A DNA stretch of 64,000 nt from Candidatus Bathyarchaeota archaeon (GCA_963832745.1 CAWHVC010000005.1:544001-608000); one strand, 5' to 3'; counted from the first letter of the stretch, positions 50,232-61,660 are shown. Notes: generated by a model from the sequence alone, not told the origin. Program-made: numbers and translations.

Positions 50232-50825
50232 TTAGGGATTTTTTGCAGTTGACTTCTGGGTTTTAAACATGAAAACCCAAAGCATCAACCCAATTGTGGT
50301 AGCGGCAATCATTGGTATAGCAGCCTCTGTTAAAACCGGCAACGCCACATCCCAAGGCAAAAACACTGGAACTAACGCCATTGCAAACGACTCCAAAATC
50401 AAACCAAGCAAACCAGCCTTTAACAGATAGTTTTTTCCTAAAATTTTACCTGAAACTAAACCACTGATTATACCCAGAAGTATCGTTGCAAGGGAACAAG
50501 GAAAAGCTGAGACGCCACCAAGGGTAAAACGATGCAATCCACCGATTAAGCCGGCAATTAAGCCTGAAATTGGACCACCAGCAACACCAGCAATCACAAC
50601 TGCAAGTTCTCGAACATTAATGGTTAATCCGTCGGGAAGCGTAACTCCAGTCAATGTTGCAAATATGGCTAGCAAACCAAAAAGCAAGCCAGCAGCCACT
50701 TTGAAAAGTGCCGAGTTTTTTGCTTTAAAGGGTTTAAAGTTGAAACAGACTAAAGAGACAACTATCATTAAAGAAGCAGTGCCCAATAGTGCTAAAGTAT
50801 TAATTATGTAGGATATATCAATCAT
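50232..50825 (-). CDS. Stand-alone LytS/YhcK-type 5TM receptor domain protein
   Basis: INVRE...GVAGGPISGLIAGLIGGLHRFTLGG..PC. Confidence 0.88.
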   Translation of the reverse strand: MIDISYIINTLALLGTASLMIVVSLVCFNFKPFKAKNSALFKVAAGLLFGLLAIFATLTGVTLPDGLTINVRELAVVIAGVAGGPISGLIAGLIGGLHRFTLGGVSAFPCSLATILLGIISGLVSGKILGKNYLLKAGLLGLILESFAMALVPVFLPWDVALPVLTEAAIPMIAATTIGLMLWVFMFKTQKSTAKNP

Positions 50826-51445
50826 TTTTTGTTTTTCTCCTTTGTGTTTATTTTTAAAATGGATTGCTTTTGGGTGTTAAACAAGTAAACCCAAAGCGTC
50901 AACCCGATTGTTGTTGCAGCAATCATTGGAACGGCAATCTGAGACAAAATCCCAAAAGCCACATCCAACGGTTGAACCAGCACCAAAATAAGCGTCATAG
51001 CCGCAGACTCCAAGCCAAAAGCAAGCAATGCAGCCTTTAGCAGGTAAGCCTTTCCAGAAAGTTTCATCCAGACTAACCCGCTGATTAAACCGATGGCAAC
51101 GGTTGAAATTGTACAGGGCAAAGCTGTGGCTCCGCCTACAGTATAACGATGCAAACCACCAATTAAGCCGGCAAGCAAACCAGAAACTGGACCACCAACA
51201 ACACCAGCAAGCATTACCGCGAGTTCTCGAACGTTAATTATTGTTCCGTCTGAAAGTTTTGTACCCATTAAAGTAGCTAAAATAGCGAGTAATCCAAGCA
51301 GCAAACCAATGGCGATTTTGGAGGCCAACGATTTTGCGGATAGCTTGAAGGTTTTGGTGCGCAGGCAAATTAGGGTTATTATAATGATTAGGGATGCCGT
51401 GCCTAAGAGTGCAAGGGTGCTTGTTAAGACTGAAAGGTCAACCAT
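50822..51445 (-). CDS. Stand-alone LytS/YhcK-type 5TM receptor domain protein (tandem paralog)
   Basis: INVRE...GVVGGPVSGLLAGLIGGLHRYTVGG..PC. Confidence 0.88.
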   Translation of the reverse strand: MVDLSVLTSTLALLGTASLIIIITLICLRTKTFKLSAKSLASKIAIGLLLGLLAILATLMGTKLSDGTIINVRELAVMLAGVVGGPVSGLLAGLIGGLHRYTVGGATALPCTISTVAIGLISGLVWMKLSGKAYLLKAALLAFGLESAAMTLILVLVQPLDVAFGILSQIAVPMIAATTIGLTLWVYLFNTQKQSILKINTKEKNKK

Positions 51446-51467
51446 GCTGTTTTTACAGGCTCCATTA

Positions 51468-52337
51468 TTAGTTTAAAAAGTGAACTATGACCAGTCGCCA
51501 TTCTGCGTTGTAGATGCCTATGGTTGTCCAGTAGGCTTCTTTGCTTACCACTTCGCCTGATGAGTCGGAGAGGTCTTTGTTGAAATAGTTGTAGGTGCCG
51601 TAACCGGCTTGTTCAGCCGCGACTTGTTGTGTGAATGCTTGAACTTCAGGGTAATCGGTGTAGATTGGGTCTGTTAGCAGGTTTTTGTCTTGCTGCGCTG
51701 GGTCTGGGTCATAGATTAGGGTGCCGTTTAACTGCATAGACCACATTGAGAAGCGCCCATCCTCAATAGCGGGTGTGACATATTTTTCGATTAAAACTCG
51801 TGGCTGAATTACGATGCTTAAACTGCCGATAAACTGGTCAGTCTCATCGAAAACTGGAGAGACCATGACTACACCAGGAAAACCTTCCACAAGCGGTATC
51901 ATGTCACTCATAGCTGACCTCATAGTCTGATGCATGTGAAGGTTCTGTTCTTGACTACTGATGTCTTCGCCTTCTATGCTGGCGTAACTGGCGGGTTCAA
52001 CCGCTAACAAAACATCATGGGCATCCGCGGTTACAGCATTAACAATCAACGAGTTATTATCAACCAACGCAGTAAGCACTGCTCTTGCTTGAGTGCCTGT
52101 TAATCCAGTTGTGGAAAGTTGAGTGCATGCATCAAGCAAAGCTACGTCTAAGCTTTGGAGTTCACCGTTTATTTGTGACTGGACTTGGGCAAGCCTAGTT
52201 TTCATTTCAAGCTGAGTGTCTGCTTCAGTCTTTTGCTTGCTTAAGTCAAGATTCTGGGTGTATTGGTAAACGTTTACTGCCACAGTGATTATTAGAACGG
52301 CAGCCAAGATTATTGCTAACAGTTTTGTTGTGTTCAT
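51468..52337 (-). CDS. Membrane-anchored Cache-like sensor domain protein
   Basis: N-terminal TM; SDMIPLVEG, SPVFD...IGSL, GTLIYDPD, EWRLVI; no second TM or output domain. Confidence 0.7.
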   Translation of the reverse strand: MNTTKLLAIILAAVLIITVAVNVYQYTQNLDLSKQKTEADTQLEMKTRLAQVQSQINGELQSLDVALLDACTQLSTTGLTGTQARAVLTALVDNNSLIVNAVTADAHDVLLAVEPASYASIEGEDISSQEQNLHMHQTMRSAMSDMIPLVEGFPGVVMVSPVFDETDQFIGSLSIVIQPRVLIEKYVTPAIEDGRFSMWSMQLNGTLIYDPDPAQQDKNLLTDPIYTDYPEVQAFTQQVAAEQAGYGTYNYFNKDLSDSSGEVVSKEAYWTTIGIYNAEWRLVIVHFLN

Positions 52338-53090
52338 TTAGTCACCAAGATAATTGTTTATTGTGTAAACAGCGTTTACGGTTACGGTTGAGTTTTGTTT
52401 TAGGACAAATTCGCTTAAACCTACATGCGAAACCGAGTTGCCCCAATCGTAAGTGTAACCGAGGCGTGTCCATGGGTAACGTTCAGGATAATAGGAGTAA
52501 ACTATGTTGCTGTTAAACCAGTCCTTGTACTCGGATGTTGCGGATGCTGGAAAATCAAGCTGAACTGTGGTATCGTTGATTTCGTTGTCAGGTGATGGCC
52601 TAAACAATGCGTCAGGGGAAACCCACATTTCAACAAAATAAGTGCTGCTACTGTTCGGCGGCAAACCCAAAAGCTGCATGACTCTAAGGGTAAAATTAGC
52701 ATCTGAGCCAACCCGGTTTTGGAAGAATTCTTGGATTTCAGGCGCAACTGTCACCCATGTTTCACCCCAAGAAGTTGTAACCTCTTCGCCAACAGGATAA
52801 CTGGATGCATATTTCGTTAAAGTGACAACCAGCACACTTTTGTTGCCAGATTCTCCTTGCCAAGTCAAATTTGTGTTTGATTCCACAATCGGGGTAAGGT
52901 TGCTGCTGATTTCACAGGGTTTGGCAATCATTGCGTCTTCAACAGCGTTTTGATACATCTGCTCAAGCGTCAATTTGGGTGAAAAAGCAGGTTGAAATAC
53001 ACCATACACCTGGTAGGTGGCTGCACATACGAGTATGCCTAAAACAAAAACTTCAACAAACAATAGGCCTGAATGGGTTAGTTTACTCAT
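52338..53090 (-). CDS. Uncharacterised exported protein
   Basis: N-terminal TM; QLLGLPP, LFRP, YPWTRLGYTYDWG, GLSEF motifs. Confidence 0.75.
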   Translation of the reverse strand: MSKLTHSGLLFVEVFVLGILVCAATYQVYGVFQPAFSPKLTLEQMYQNAVEDAMIAKPCEISSNLTPIVESNTNLTWQGESGNKSVLVVTLTKYASSYPVGEEVTTSWGETWVTVAPEIQEFFQNRVGSDANFTLRVMQLLGLPPNSSSTYFVEMWVSPDALFRPSPDNEINDTTVQLDFPASATSEYKDWFNSNIVYSYYPERYPWTRLGYTYDWGNSVSHVGLSEFVLKQNSTVTVNAVYTINNYLGD

Positions 53091-53171
53091 AGTATCAACC
53101 GCTTATTGAGTATTAATGTACGCTATTTAAAATTTGGAGCAGCCAAAATATTGTTTACAACTAAACATCAC

Positions 53172-53852
53172 TCAATAAATCTGGCAAAGCCGTCCTTCCC
53201 GCAACACAAAATCCTTACACGTCGGAAACCTATCATACAAGTCCGTCGTAGTCATAACCACAGCCACCCCGCGTTCAACACTAACTTTGCCTAGCAAATC
53301 AATAAGCAGCGCAGAATTTTCATCATCTAAACTTGACGTTGGCTCATCAGCCAACAAAATCGCTGGTTCATTAACCAACGCACGAATCACTGCGACACGC
53401 TGCTTTTCTCCACCGCTTAAACCTTCAGGAGACCGTTCTGCTAAATGTTCCAAACCGAAATACCGCAAAAGTTCAAGCCCCCGTTCCCGTCGGTCCCGCT
53501 TATTTAAACCCGCCAAAGCCATTGGCAACTCAATATTTTCTAAAACAGTCAATGAAGGCAATAAATTGAAAAACTGAAAAATCAGCCCCAGACGGTTAAG
53601 ACGCAAATCAGCCTTCTCAGCCTCTTTAAGGGATGCAACGTTTTTTCCAAACAAACGCACGGAACCCGAGCTTGGAGAAGCAAGAAGCCCCATAATTTTG
53701 AAAAGGTTAGTTTTTCCAACGCCAGATTTGCCGCGGATAGAAATAAATTCTCCAGCTTGCACGTGCAAGTTAACGTCTTTAAGAACGATTGCCGAACCAT
53801 AAGTTTTTGAAACTTCAATTAATTCAATAATTTTTTTATGAACCATACACAT
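53172..53852 (-). CDS. ABC transporter ATPase (LolD/MacB type)
   Basis: GKSGVGKT, FQFFNL, LSGGEKQR, ADEPT. Confidence 0.92.
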   Translation of the reverse strand: MCMVHKKIIELIEVSKTYGSAIVLKDVNLHVQAGEFISIRGKSGVGKTNLFKIMGLLASPSSGSVRLFGKNVASLKEAEKADLRLNRLGLIFQFFNLLPSLTVLENIELPMALAGLNKRDRRERGLELLRYFGLEHLAERSPEGLSGGEKQRVAVIRALVNEPAILLADEPTSSLDDENSALLIDLLGKVSVERGVAVVMTTTDLYDRFPTCKDFVLREGRLCQIY

Positions 53853-55452
53853 TCACCAAGTTATTAGAATACACGTGATTAAGTCCCGAAAGTTTGGTTT
53901 CATAGTTATCGGGGAGTGGCAGTGCGGTACCGCCGTAAATTACATACCCGTTAGTGGACATTTCAGGATAAACAATCAGCAGTCTAGGCGCTGAACCGTC
54001 TTGACCCAGAAAAGACAGCCCTGAAGAAAAATCCACAGACACATTATAGTAACCTTTGAGCAGATAAGACATTTTAGCGTCACCTGCAATTGGCTGATTA
54101 ACGTTGTGTGTTGAAATCCAGCCGCAAGCGGCAGTCTCAGGCAACCGATATAGCCAGAAGTAGCCCATGTAAGGTTCCTGTAGGGAAACTGAAGCGTAAA
54201 CGCTGTAACAGTTCACACATGAGACAGCTAACACAGTTGCTATAAGGCCGGCGGCGACGATTTTTTGTTTAGAAGTATCTTTAAAGAAGTCATACAATTG
54301 GCAGAGCGCTAATCCGAAAAGAAGGCACAAAGGCAGAATCAGAAAATTCAGCAGCCTAACAACTAAAGTTAACCCCATCGGTGAGTTGCCAAAAATAGCA
54401 TAACATTCAAGACCAGCAAGCGGAGCAAGCCAAAAAACTGGCGCCAAAAGCCAACGGTGACGTTCACGCAAATTATGCTGGATAAAGAACAGCATTGGAA
54501 ATAGTACAAAGTAGGGACTAAGGTAAAGCAGGTAATGAAAAGGCAAAACTGGCGCGCCCAATACAATTGAACGTTTAGTAACAAAAGCTGCAACCAGAAC
54601 AGCCAAAAACATCGTGGCACCAGAGAAAACCAAACGTTTCTTAAACTTGAAGCCCTTCAAGGTTGAACTGGGTCTTAAAACAAAAAACAGGACTAAAGAC
54701 AAAACAAGAACTTGATAAGCGCCAATAGTCAAAAGGTCACTAACAGTAAAGGCAAACGTTAAACCTGCAGAAGCATAAAAAACGAAATACCCAAATAAAG
54801 CTGCGCCAAAAAACAAAATCAAAAAAACCCCTGACCGCACAGAAAAAGCTTCTACGTCTTTTTTGCTGAAATACAACCCTATTACTAAGCATATCAGCAC
54901 CCCTAGAGTGATAAAGGCGGCTAAATGATGCGTGAAAACCAAAGCTACAGAAGCCACAACAAAAAGCAGGTTACGAGCAAATGACGGCTTCATCAGAAAA
55001 ATCACAAGTAACCCAACAAAGATGGGGTTGGCAAAGGTTTCTTTAGTTACCCCTGCCGTGAATAGGACATAAGGGTAAGCTGCTGCAATCAACGCAGAAG
55101 AAACTAAGGCTACTTGCACGTTGCCAGTGATTCTGCGTACCAAAACAAAAAACAAGGGAATAGTCAGGGCACCGGCAAAAGGAACAATTAAAGCCATAAC
55201 TTCGACAGGCGAAACACCTGTAACCTCAGACATTACCGAACCGAAAATGCTACTTAAGGGCCAAAAACTGTTGTAACCATCAAACACGGAACTGCTTAAA
55301 GATATGGGCGTATACTGCAGGATTAATTCGCTGTTTCGAATCATACTCCAACCGTCAGTAGAAAACGGTAACCCACTAATCAATGCAGGATAAAGACGAA
55401 TTAAGCAGGCAACCGCAAAAACCAAAAGAAGTAAGTAAGGGTATTTTCTCAT
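53836..55452 (-). CDS. Polytopic membrane protein, GT-C glycosyltransferase-like
   Basis: R..P...TDGW after TM1, FWP, KE, THH motifs, ~13 TM, soluble C-terminal domain. Confidence 0.55.
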   Translation of the reverse strand: MRKYPYLLLLVFAVACLIRLYPALISGLPFSTDGWSMIRNSELILQYTPISLSSSVFDGYNSFWPLSSIFGSVMSEVTGVSPVEVMALIVPFAGALTIPLFFVLVRRITGNVQVALVSSALIAAAYPYVLFTAGVTKETFANPIFVGLLVIFLMKPSFARNLLFVVASVALVFTHHLAAFITLGVLICLVIGLYFSKKDVEAFSVRSGVFLILFFGAALFGYFVFYASAGLTFAFTVSDLLTIGAYQVLVLSLVLFFVLRPSSTLKGFKFKKRLVFSGATMFLAVLVAAFVTKRSIVLGAPVLPFHYLLYLSPYFVLFPMLFFIQHNLRERHRWLLAPVFWLAPLAGLECYAIFGNSPMGLTLVVRLLNFLILPLCLLFGLALCQLYDFFKDTSKQKIVAAGLIATVLAVSCVNCYSVYASVSLQEPYMGYFWLYRLPETAACGWISTHNVNQPIAGDAKMSYLLKGYYNVSVDFSSGLSFLGQDGSAPRLLIVYPEMSTNGYVIYGGTALPLPDNYETKLSGLNHVYSNNLVNVYGS

Positions 55453-56645
55453 TCAAAACCGCACCTTAAAACTGCAAAAGAAACGAGCAGCCAAACCAAA
55501 ACAAAATTCAAAACTAAAAGCAAAGGGTCAAAACTCAAAGTTAACCCGTGAGCTAAAACTCTCAAAAAACCAGCACTGTTAAGCCAACCCAACAAAATAT
55601 AGGTCAGCAAAGCACCAAAACTGCAAGCCAACAGAGAAACAGGCAGAAGCTTTAGCAGAACATCAAGTTTTAGAAGACGTTTTGAAACCCCCACGTACCT
55701 GAGTGTTTCAACTTCCTCTTTATGCTGACGAATCAAAGTTTGCGTAGCCGCAACTATAGTTAAGCTGCATAACAAAAACACCAAGGTTGACAATATGGAT
55801 AAGGCTTCGCGGGTTACGCCGTAACGATCAAGGTAACTTTTCATTAAGTTCTGAGTGCCACTGACGCTGAGTTGCCCAATATTGAATGTTATAGGCACCC
55901 AAGAAATAATGTTTTGATAGTTCATGTATTGGCTTGACGTAGAGTTTGAAGAGGCAGATTGAGTGGTTTGGGGCTGCGCAGATTCAGCTAACGCCTGATA
56001 CACACCAGCAGCCGTTACAACGTCAGGATTAGTTTTAACCCGAATCAAAGTAACATGGTTATAATCAGCAAACCGTAACCATTGACCAACATTAAGCAAC
56101 ACCAAAATTTCATCATCCATACTTGAGCCAGACTGGAAAACACCACCAACTTTAAGCTGCAAATATTTATCAGCCAAAGAAGAAAAAACAAGAAATTCGT
56201 CACCAACCCGCAAGTCCAAACGGCCTGCAAGATTTTTTCCTATCAAAGCAGAATCGAAATCGGTTGGAGTTAAAGCTGCTCCATCAATTATTTGTGCAGG
56301 ATTTAATTGGAAAAACATTTCCGGCAAAACCCCGCGTACAAAAACTGACTGGTTGTTGACTATGCAGGGGGTTATGGTTTCGGGGCTGTTTACTAAAACG
56401 CCTTTAACTTGGCTAAGAGATTCTGACAGGTAAGCAGGGATAGAACCTGTAAAAGGCGTTCTACTTTGACTGCCATAAACTGCAACAATATCAGATTCTT
56501 CGCCCAAATAGGCATTGAAGCTTTTGTAAAAACCAAGAAAACTAAGAGCAGTCATCAAAAAAAGCGTTGAAACCAACGATAAAATTAAAACTAAAACAAT
56601 CAGGTGTCTAAGGCGTAGGTAACGAAAACTGAAAAGTTTGCTCAT
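55449..56645 (-). CDS. FtsX/MacB-type ABC permease
   Basis: TM, extracellular domain (VRGV, IGKNLA), LRYVG, three C-terminal TMs; ATG 56645. Confidence 0.85.
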   Translation of the reverse strand: MSKLFSFRYLRLRHLIVLVLILSLVSTLFLMTALSFLGFYKSFNAYLGEESDIVAVYGSQSRTPFTGSIPAYLSESLSQVKGVLVNSPETITPCIVNNQSVFVRGVLPEMFFQLNPAQIIDGAALTPTDFDSALIGKNLAGRLDLRVGDEFLVFSSLADKYLQLKVGGVFQSGSSMDDEILVLLNVGQWLRFADYNHVTLIRVKTNPDVVTAAGVYQALAESAQPQTTQSASSNSTSSQYMNYQNIISWVPITFNIGQLSVSGTQNLMKSYLDRYGVTREALSILSTLVFLLCSLTIVAATQTLIRQHKEEVETLRYVGVSKRLLKLDVLLKLLPVSLLACSFGALLTYILLGWLNSAGFLRVLAHGLTLSFDPLLLVLNFVLVWLLVSFAVLRCGFE

Positions 56646-57676
56646 AAACGATGTATATTCCTGTAAGCAGGGTACAGGCAACCTACCGCCGAAAATACTG
56701 CAGAGAAAAGCAGGATTTGTCCAACCTGTAAAGGTTCAAGAAAAGTATTTACTTGAACGTTTTGCAAAAACCACCGCAACCCGGCAGATGCAACCTGTGT
56801 TCCAACCAAACCCGCTACCAATCCTAAAACAGAACCAGCCAAAGCAACCAGCACTGAAAAACTGAAAACCCAAAAAAACAAGCGTACCCTTTTAGCGCCG
56901 ATAGCTCTAAGCATCCATAACTCGTAATCTGAATCAGCAATTAACCGTGTAGAAACAACATATGACGTGGCTGCAACCACCAAATAAACAGTCATTGACC
57001 ATACAGCCAAAAAATTCAGTGTCTCCCCAACAGACTGCTGCAGAAACAGACTGGTCTGCTGAACCTTAACCACCTCCACGTAAGAAGGCAACACCACGGA
57101 TAAACTGTTTAGGCTATTTTGCCTGTCGGCGCCACTCTTGAAAGTGAATTCTACAAAAGACAAATCATCGTTACCGGTTAACGTGTTTGCTGTTTCGAGC
57201 GGAATTATTAATTCACTGTCCAGCTGCGTCAGGGTTCTAGTAGTTCCAACTATTTTGAGGCAAAGTTTAACGCCGCCGACACTTACGCTGATCATGTCTT
57301 GGGGGTTAACATTGCAGGTTTCCGCAAGCAATATACCAATGTTGACTTCTGAAGGGTTTTTTGCAATACTTCCATTCAATGAAGCACTCAACGTTTTCAA
57401 GTAAGCATCCAAGTTGTCAACGCCGCGAACGGTAACATTGAACACGCTTGAACCGGTATTCATGCAGCCTATGAAGGTTTTTTGGGGAAAACAAGACTTC
57501 ACGTACGATTGGTTTAACGCATCAACTGTTTCAGGGTTTAAACTACTACCAGATAGGGAGGAACTGTTGTTTAACAACAAGTATTTGTTGCCTATACTTG
57601 CAAGTTGCCCCACTTGGGATGTTTGATAGTTTATGAAGTTAACAATGGCAGTCATAGACGAAATAATAGCTACCAA
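56642..57676 (-). CDS. FtsX/MacB-type ABC permease (frame open to ~57754, start uncertain)
   Basis: VRGVD, LRAIGA, YPAYR. Confidence 0.85.
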   Translation of the reverse strand: MVAIISSMTAIVNFINYQTSQVGQLASIGNKYLLLNNSSSLSGSSLNPETVDALNQSYVKSCFPQKTFIGCMNTGSSVFNVTVRGVDNLDAYLKTLSASLNGSIAKNPSEVNIGILLAETCNVNPQDMISVSVGGVKLCLKIVGTTRTLTQLDSELIIPLETANTLTGNDDLSFVEFTFKSGADRQNSLNSLSVVLPSYVEVVKVQQTSLFLQQSVGETLNFLAVWSMTVYLVVAATSYVVSTRLIADSDYELWMLRAIGAKRVRLFFWVFSFSVLVALAGSVLGLVAGLVGTQVASAGLRWFLQNVQVNTFLEPLQVGQILLFSAVFSAVGCLYPAYRNIHRL

Positions 57677-57968
57677 AAGCGCTATTGCTAGAACAGCGGC
57701 AAAAGCACCTTTTTTATGGAAAAGCAGACGATAAGTTAGAAAAGACGTATCTGATTAACCAGTATTTTGAAGGTATTTGTCGATGGCTATTTAGAATACA
57801 TGTTTTCTTGGGTTTTTTCTGCCAAAGGGGAAACCGGCACAGACATAAAATGGAAGACGCGTTGTCTGAGCCAATAACTATTTTTTAACTCAAGAAACAA
57901 AATAATTTTCTTAGCCACCAAACAAACGGTATATAGTTTTTGTTGGAAAATTGCATGTTCATTGTTTT

Positions 57969-58613
57969 TTACGCTAAGTCAAGTAGTTGCATTAGGTCTT
58001 TTTGTACTTCAGTAATTGTTTTTTTTCCATCCAAAATGGGCATTCCTAAAATGTTGGCAAGCATCAAATAAAGTCGCCGTCTTTTAGTTAAATAAGTAAT
58101 GTTAGGGATGTCATTTTTGCGGGATAGCGCTGTTTGCTCATCAACATCAATTAAAATCAATTTTGAATTCCTTGGAATGGAAGACAAAAGCAAACGACTA
58201 GGCATTTTACGCAAAAAATCATTGTCCCCCGTATCGCAAATCAAATCAACTATCAAATCAGGAATATAACGGTCGCATAAAATAATAGTCCCTTTTTTTA
58301 AAGGCACAATTATTCGGAAAAAAACATGCAAAACGGCGTCAGTAACAAAAAACCAACCCCAAAGATTAGCTAAAACTCTATTTAGATAAAAACTATGAAC
58401 TGGAACACGTAAATTGTTCTTCTCTAAAGTTACCCATTTAGTGTAACCTAACAAACGGCAAAATGCAAGAAAAGGATAAGAAAACAGAATAGGCCAACGA
58501 AACCAAATAAGCTTAACCTGAGCATTGTTTGAGTTCATACATTTTGCAAGCATCTTGAGCTGAGCGGTTTTTCCTTACCCGTCAACGCCACAGAGGGCAA
58601 TAAAGGATCCCAT
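57969..58613 (-). pseudogene. Thymidylate kinase-like P-loop kinase with nonsense codon
   Basis: MGSFIALCGVDG*GKT with TAA at 58575-58577; CDRY motif downstream. Confidence 0.8.
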
Positions 58614-59371
58614 TAAGCAACCGTTTTTTTTGCTATTACATATATGGGATCTTGGTAGTTTCCGCCAAGCCTTTTCAAAAACAGGTTTAGTAATCCCCAG
58701 AAAGTATGGTACAGAAAATAAAGCAGATTAAAGTTAAACCCTATACTAACAATCATTTTCTTAAAACCAAACGGTGTAAAACCTGTTTCAATAATTCTAA
58801 GGTCCTTAACTCTATTTATTAAGCTTACAAGCATAGGTTGGGTATAAATTTTATGATATAGCCCATATTTGCCGTGGGAAAGGGAGATTACAAGCTTGTT
58901 TCTAAAGGTGGACGCAAAGTTTGGTATTATAATTATTAGAATGCCGTCTTTCTTTAGAACCATTGTTGCATCATTTAGAAAATCAGAAACTTGAGATTCC
59001 AATCTAAAATGCTCTACAACACCAAATGATGAAATAACATCAAAGGTACAATCGCTAAAAGGAATGTGGGTTACGTCACCGCCAGATAGTTGAGTATTGT
59101 TTTTACTTGTTTTTAGATAAAGGTTTAGTTGTTTTAGGGGTTCTAAAACTATGTCAATACCAACACAAGAAGCATCATTATGTCGATTAAAGTATAAGCA
59201 TCGTAAACCATATCCACAGCCAGCCTCAAGAACAAACGACCCCTTTTTAACATATTTTGACAGAATTGAGGCAAAATGAACACTTTCAACGTCTTTCTCT
59301 CGTTTACCTATGTCATAGTCAGCAACAACTTTACTCCATGTTCTTTCCCAGTCCCTTTCAACTATTTCCAA
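58613..59371 (-). CDS. Class I SAM-dependent methyltransferase
   Basis: VLEAGCGYG, GIDI, FDVISSFGVVEH. Confidence 0.88.
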   Translation of the reverse strand: MEIVERDWERTWSKVVADYDIGKREKDVESVHFASILSKYVKKGSFVLEAGCGYGLRCLYFNRHNDASCVGIDIVLEPLKQLNLYLKTSKNNTQLSGGDVTHIPFSDCTFDVISSFGVVEHFRLESQVSDFLNDATMVLKKDGILIIIIPNFASTFRNKLVISLSHGKYGLYHKIYTQPMLVSLINRVKDLRIIETGFTPFGFKKMIVSIGFNFNLLYFLYHTFWGLLNLFLKRLGGNYQDPIYVIAKKTVA

Positions 59372-60562
59372 ATAAAAACCTTATAAAAAACGTTAATCAA
59401 ATCAGAAACAGACCGATAATTACTATATCTTAAAGAAAAAGCTTCTCGATTGCTATCACCAAAAGCAACAATAGAAGATTTATCCATTGATAAAAACCAT
59501 TCTAAAGCATCCGCAAGTCCTTTTCAATCACCCGGTTCAACTAAACCAACACCTTTCAAACCCAGAACTTGTTCAGGAATCCCTCCAACATTGGATGCAA
59601 TAACTATTCGGCCTCTAAGACAAGCCTCGCTAACAACATATGGAAACGCTTCAGGAACAATTGAAGGCACCAAAACTGCTCCAATAAGCCCATAAACTTT
59701 AGAATACGAACGACCACTCAAACGTGGATACAAAATAATTTTCTTTTTTTCGAAAAGGATATTGTGTTGAAGCAATTTTCAGCTACAGAGACGCGAAGAT
59801 TTGAATTGAAGTTTCCTTGAATTTGGCACCATGAACGCATCAAAGTATTGAAGCCCTTAAGAAAAACTTAATCCGCCAAAATAACCCAAATCGTGACATT
59901 TCAAGGGCGTTTGAGCTACCTTCGGAATGGGATTATAAATTATCAGGGATTTTCTGGCAATTTCTGGCAACCGTTGAAGTACAGATTTCATTTGGGATTT
60001 TGATACAAACAGGACAGCATCTGCAGATTTCAGAGCTTCTATGTAAACAGTACTTATAGTTGAATTTAGAATACTGGAAACGATTGCTTGTGTATTGGTT
60101 CGACCGTTATTATTTTTTCGTAAGATAGGATGCAGTTTACGCAAAGAGAAACGTTTTGTTAAGATTACAATCAGAATTGTTTGCAAGGTCATAGGAGGCA
60201 CCTATTGAGCAGGCGGGAAAAGTTGAGTGCAAATGAATTACAACTGGTTTTTTAAATCTGCTTTTAATAAAAGGTACAAACAAGAACAATCCGGCAGCGT
60301 AAACAACGTCGGACCAATCTATTAACTGCTTAAGCTTTCTAAAAGCAACTAAAGACGCCCCAACAAGGAATTTGCCAAACCCCATGACTTTAAACTGATA
60401 AATCGGCAAGCCATCGCGAGAAAAAAATCCGTAAACGCTGGAGGGAACAACAAGTTTAACATTTACAGAAGACAAAGTGAGCAAACGTGCATAAAGGTAA
60501 GTGGCTAATTCACCGCCGCTGCCTTCAGGCCAAAGATTGTCGGTTAAAATTAAAACGTTCAC
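59362..60562 (-). pseudogene. Disrupted GT4 glycosyltransferase
   Basis: GSGGE, IYNP, PSIVPEAFPYVVSEA, GGIPE spread over fragments; in-frame stops at 59857 and 59524 plus frameshifts. Confidence 0.8.
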
Positions 60563-60586
60563 TATATTATCATGCGATTATTTGTT

Positions 60587-61660
60587 TCATGCATTTACGT
60601 ACATTATTAAGATTATGATTAGCTTTAACTTGCCCAATTGATTTTTCGGCATAAACTTTGAGTATCTCCGATTACAAAGAATGCGTTTTAATTCTCTGTA
60701 AAGATCATCTTCAAGCGTTAAAGGATCCACTAAAACGCCTGCATTATTACTTAACAAGTGGGGAATGCTCTGAAGGGAAGTGGCAATTACACATTTGCCA
60801 AGCGACATCGCTTCAAGAATAACTAAGGGAGGATCAATTGCAGCATCAACCAACGCAGGATACAACAAGACATCGCTGTCACAAATGGCGTTATACTTTT
60901 CCGGTTCTGATAAATTAGCAATATGCAATTCAACAATATTTCTGTCGGTACAGTTTAAACTGTTACAGAAGCTTTTACCGAACTGTTGATAGTCAGCATA
61001 ACCAAGTTTTGAAATGTAGGCAACAAATTTAACGGCATATCCTTCTCTACGAAGTTTCGCTAAAGCGTTTAGCACTTTATCATAAGGGAACCTAAGGTAT
61101 AACCCATGCCCCAAATACAAAATTTTAAGCGAAGTAGTCGGTTCATGAACACAGAATGTTGTGGCAGGAAAAATTATAGGTGCGGACATAATGGTAATTT
61201 TTTCGAAATACTGGTTTAAATTTTTTGTAGCACCTAAAAGAGGTTGTAACAATGTGTATCCGGTTAAGAAAGGACAGGGGGAGAGCGCTATATGAACGCA
61301 AAATGGGACCAGGCATATTTAAAACGTTGTAAGCAAACTGGTAAATGAAATTCAATTTGCCAAAAAAAGAACTGCAGGAAAGTTCGTTATCGAAAAATCG
61401 ATAAAATGCACATCTACCTTGGCATTTTTCCTGAGTTCCTTTAAGAACGAAAATTTTAAATTGTTTATATTATAAAAAGGTTTCACTGAAAAAGAGTTTG
61501 AATTTACAGTTACACCTCGACGTTCATCCATACTTGTAAAGACGCTCACCTGTTCATACAAAAGGCGAAGTATATCCAAGAAGTTTTTTGCTAAACGTAC
61601 CTCGCCCATATTCCATGGAGGATGCATTCCATTAGAAACAATCAAAGCTTTTTGATTCAA
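60587..61660 (-). pseudogene. Disrupted GT4 glycosyltransferase
   Basis: Three overlapping fragments; PPWNMGE, PLVILEAMSLG. Confidence 0.75.
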
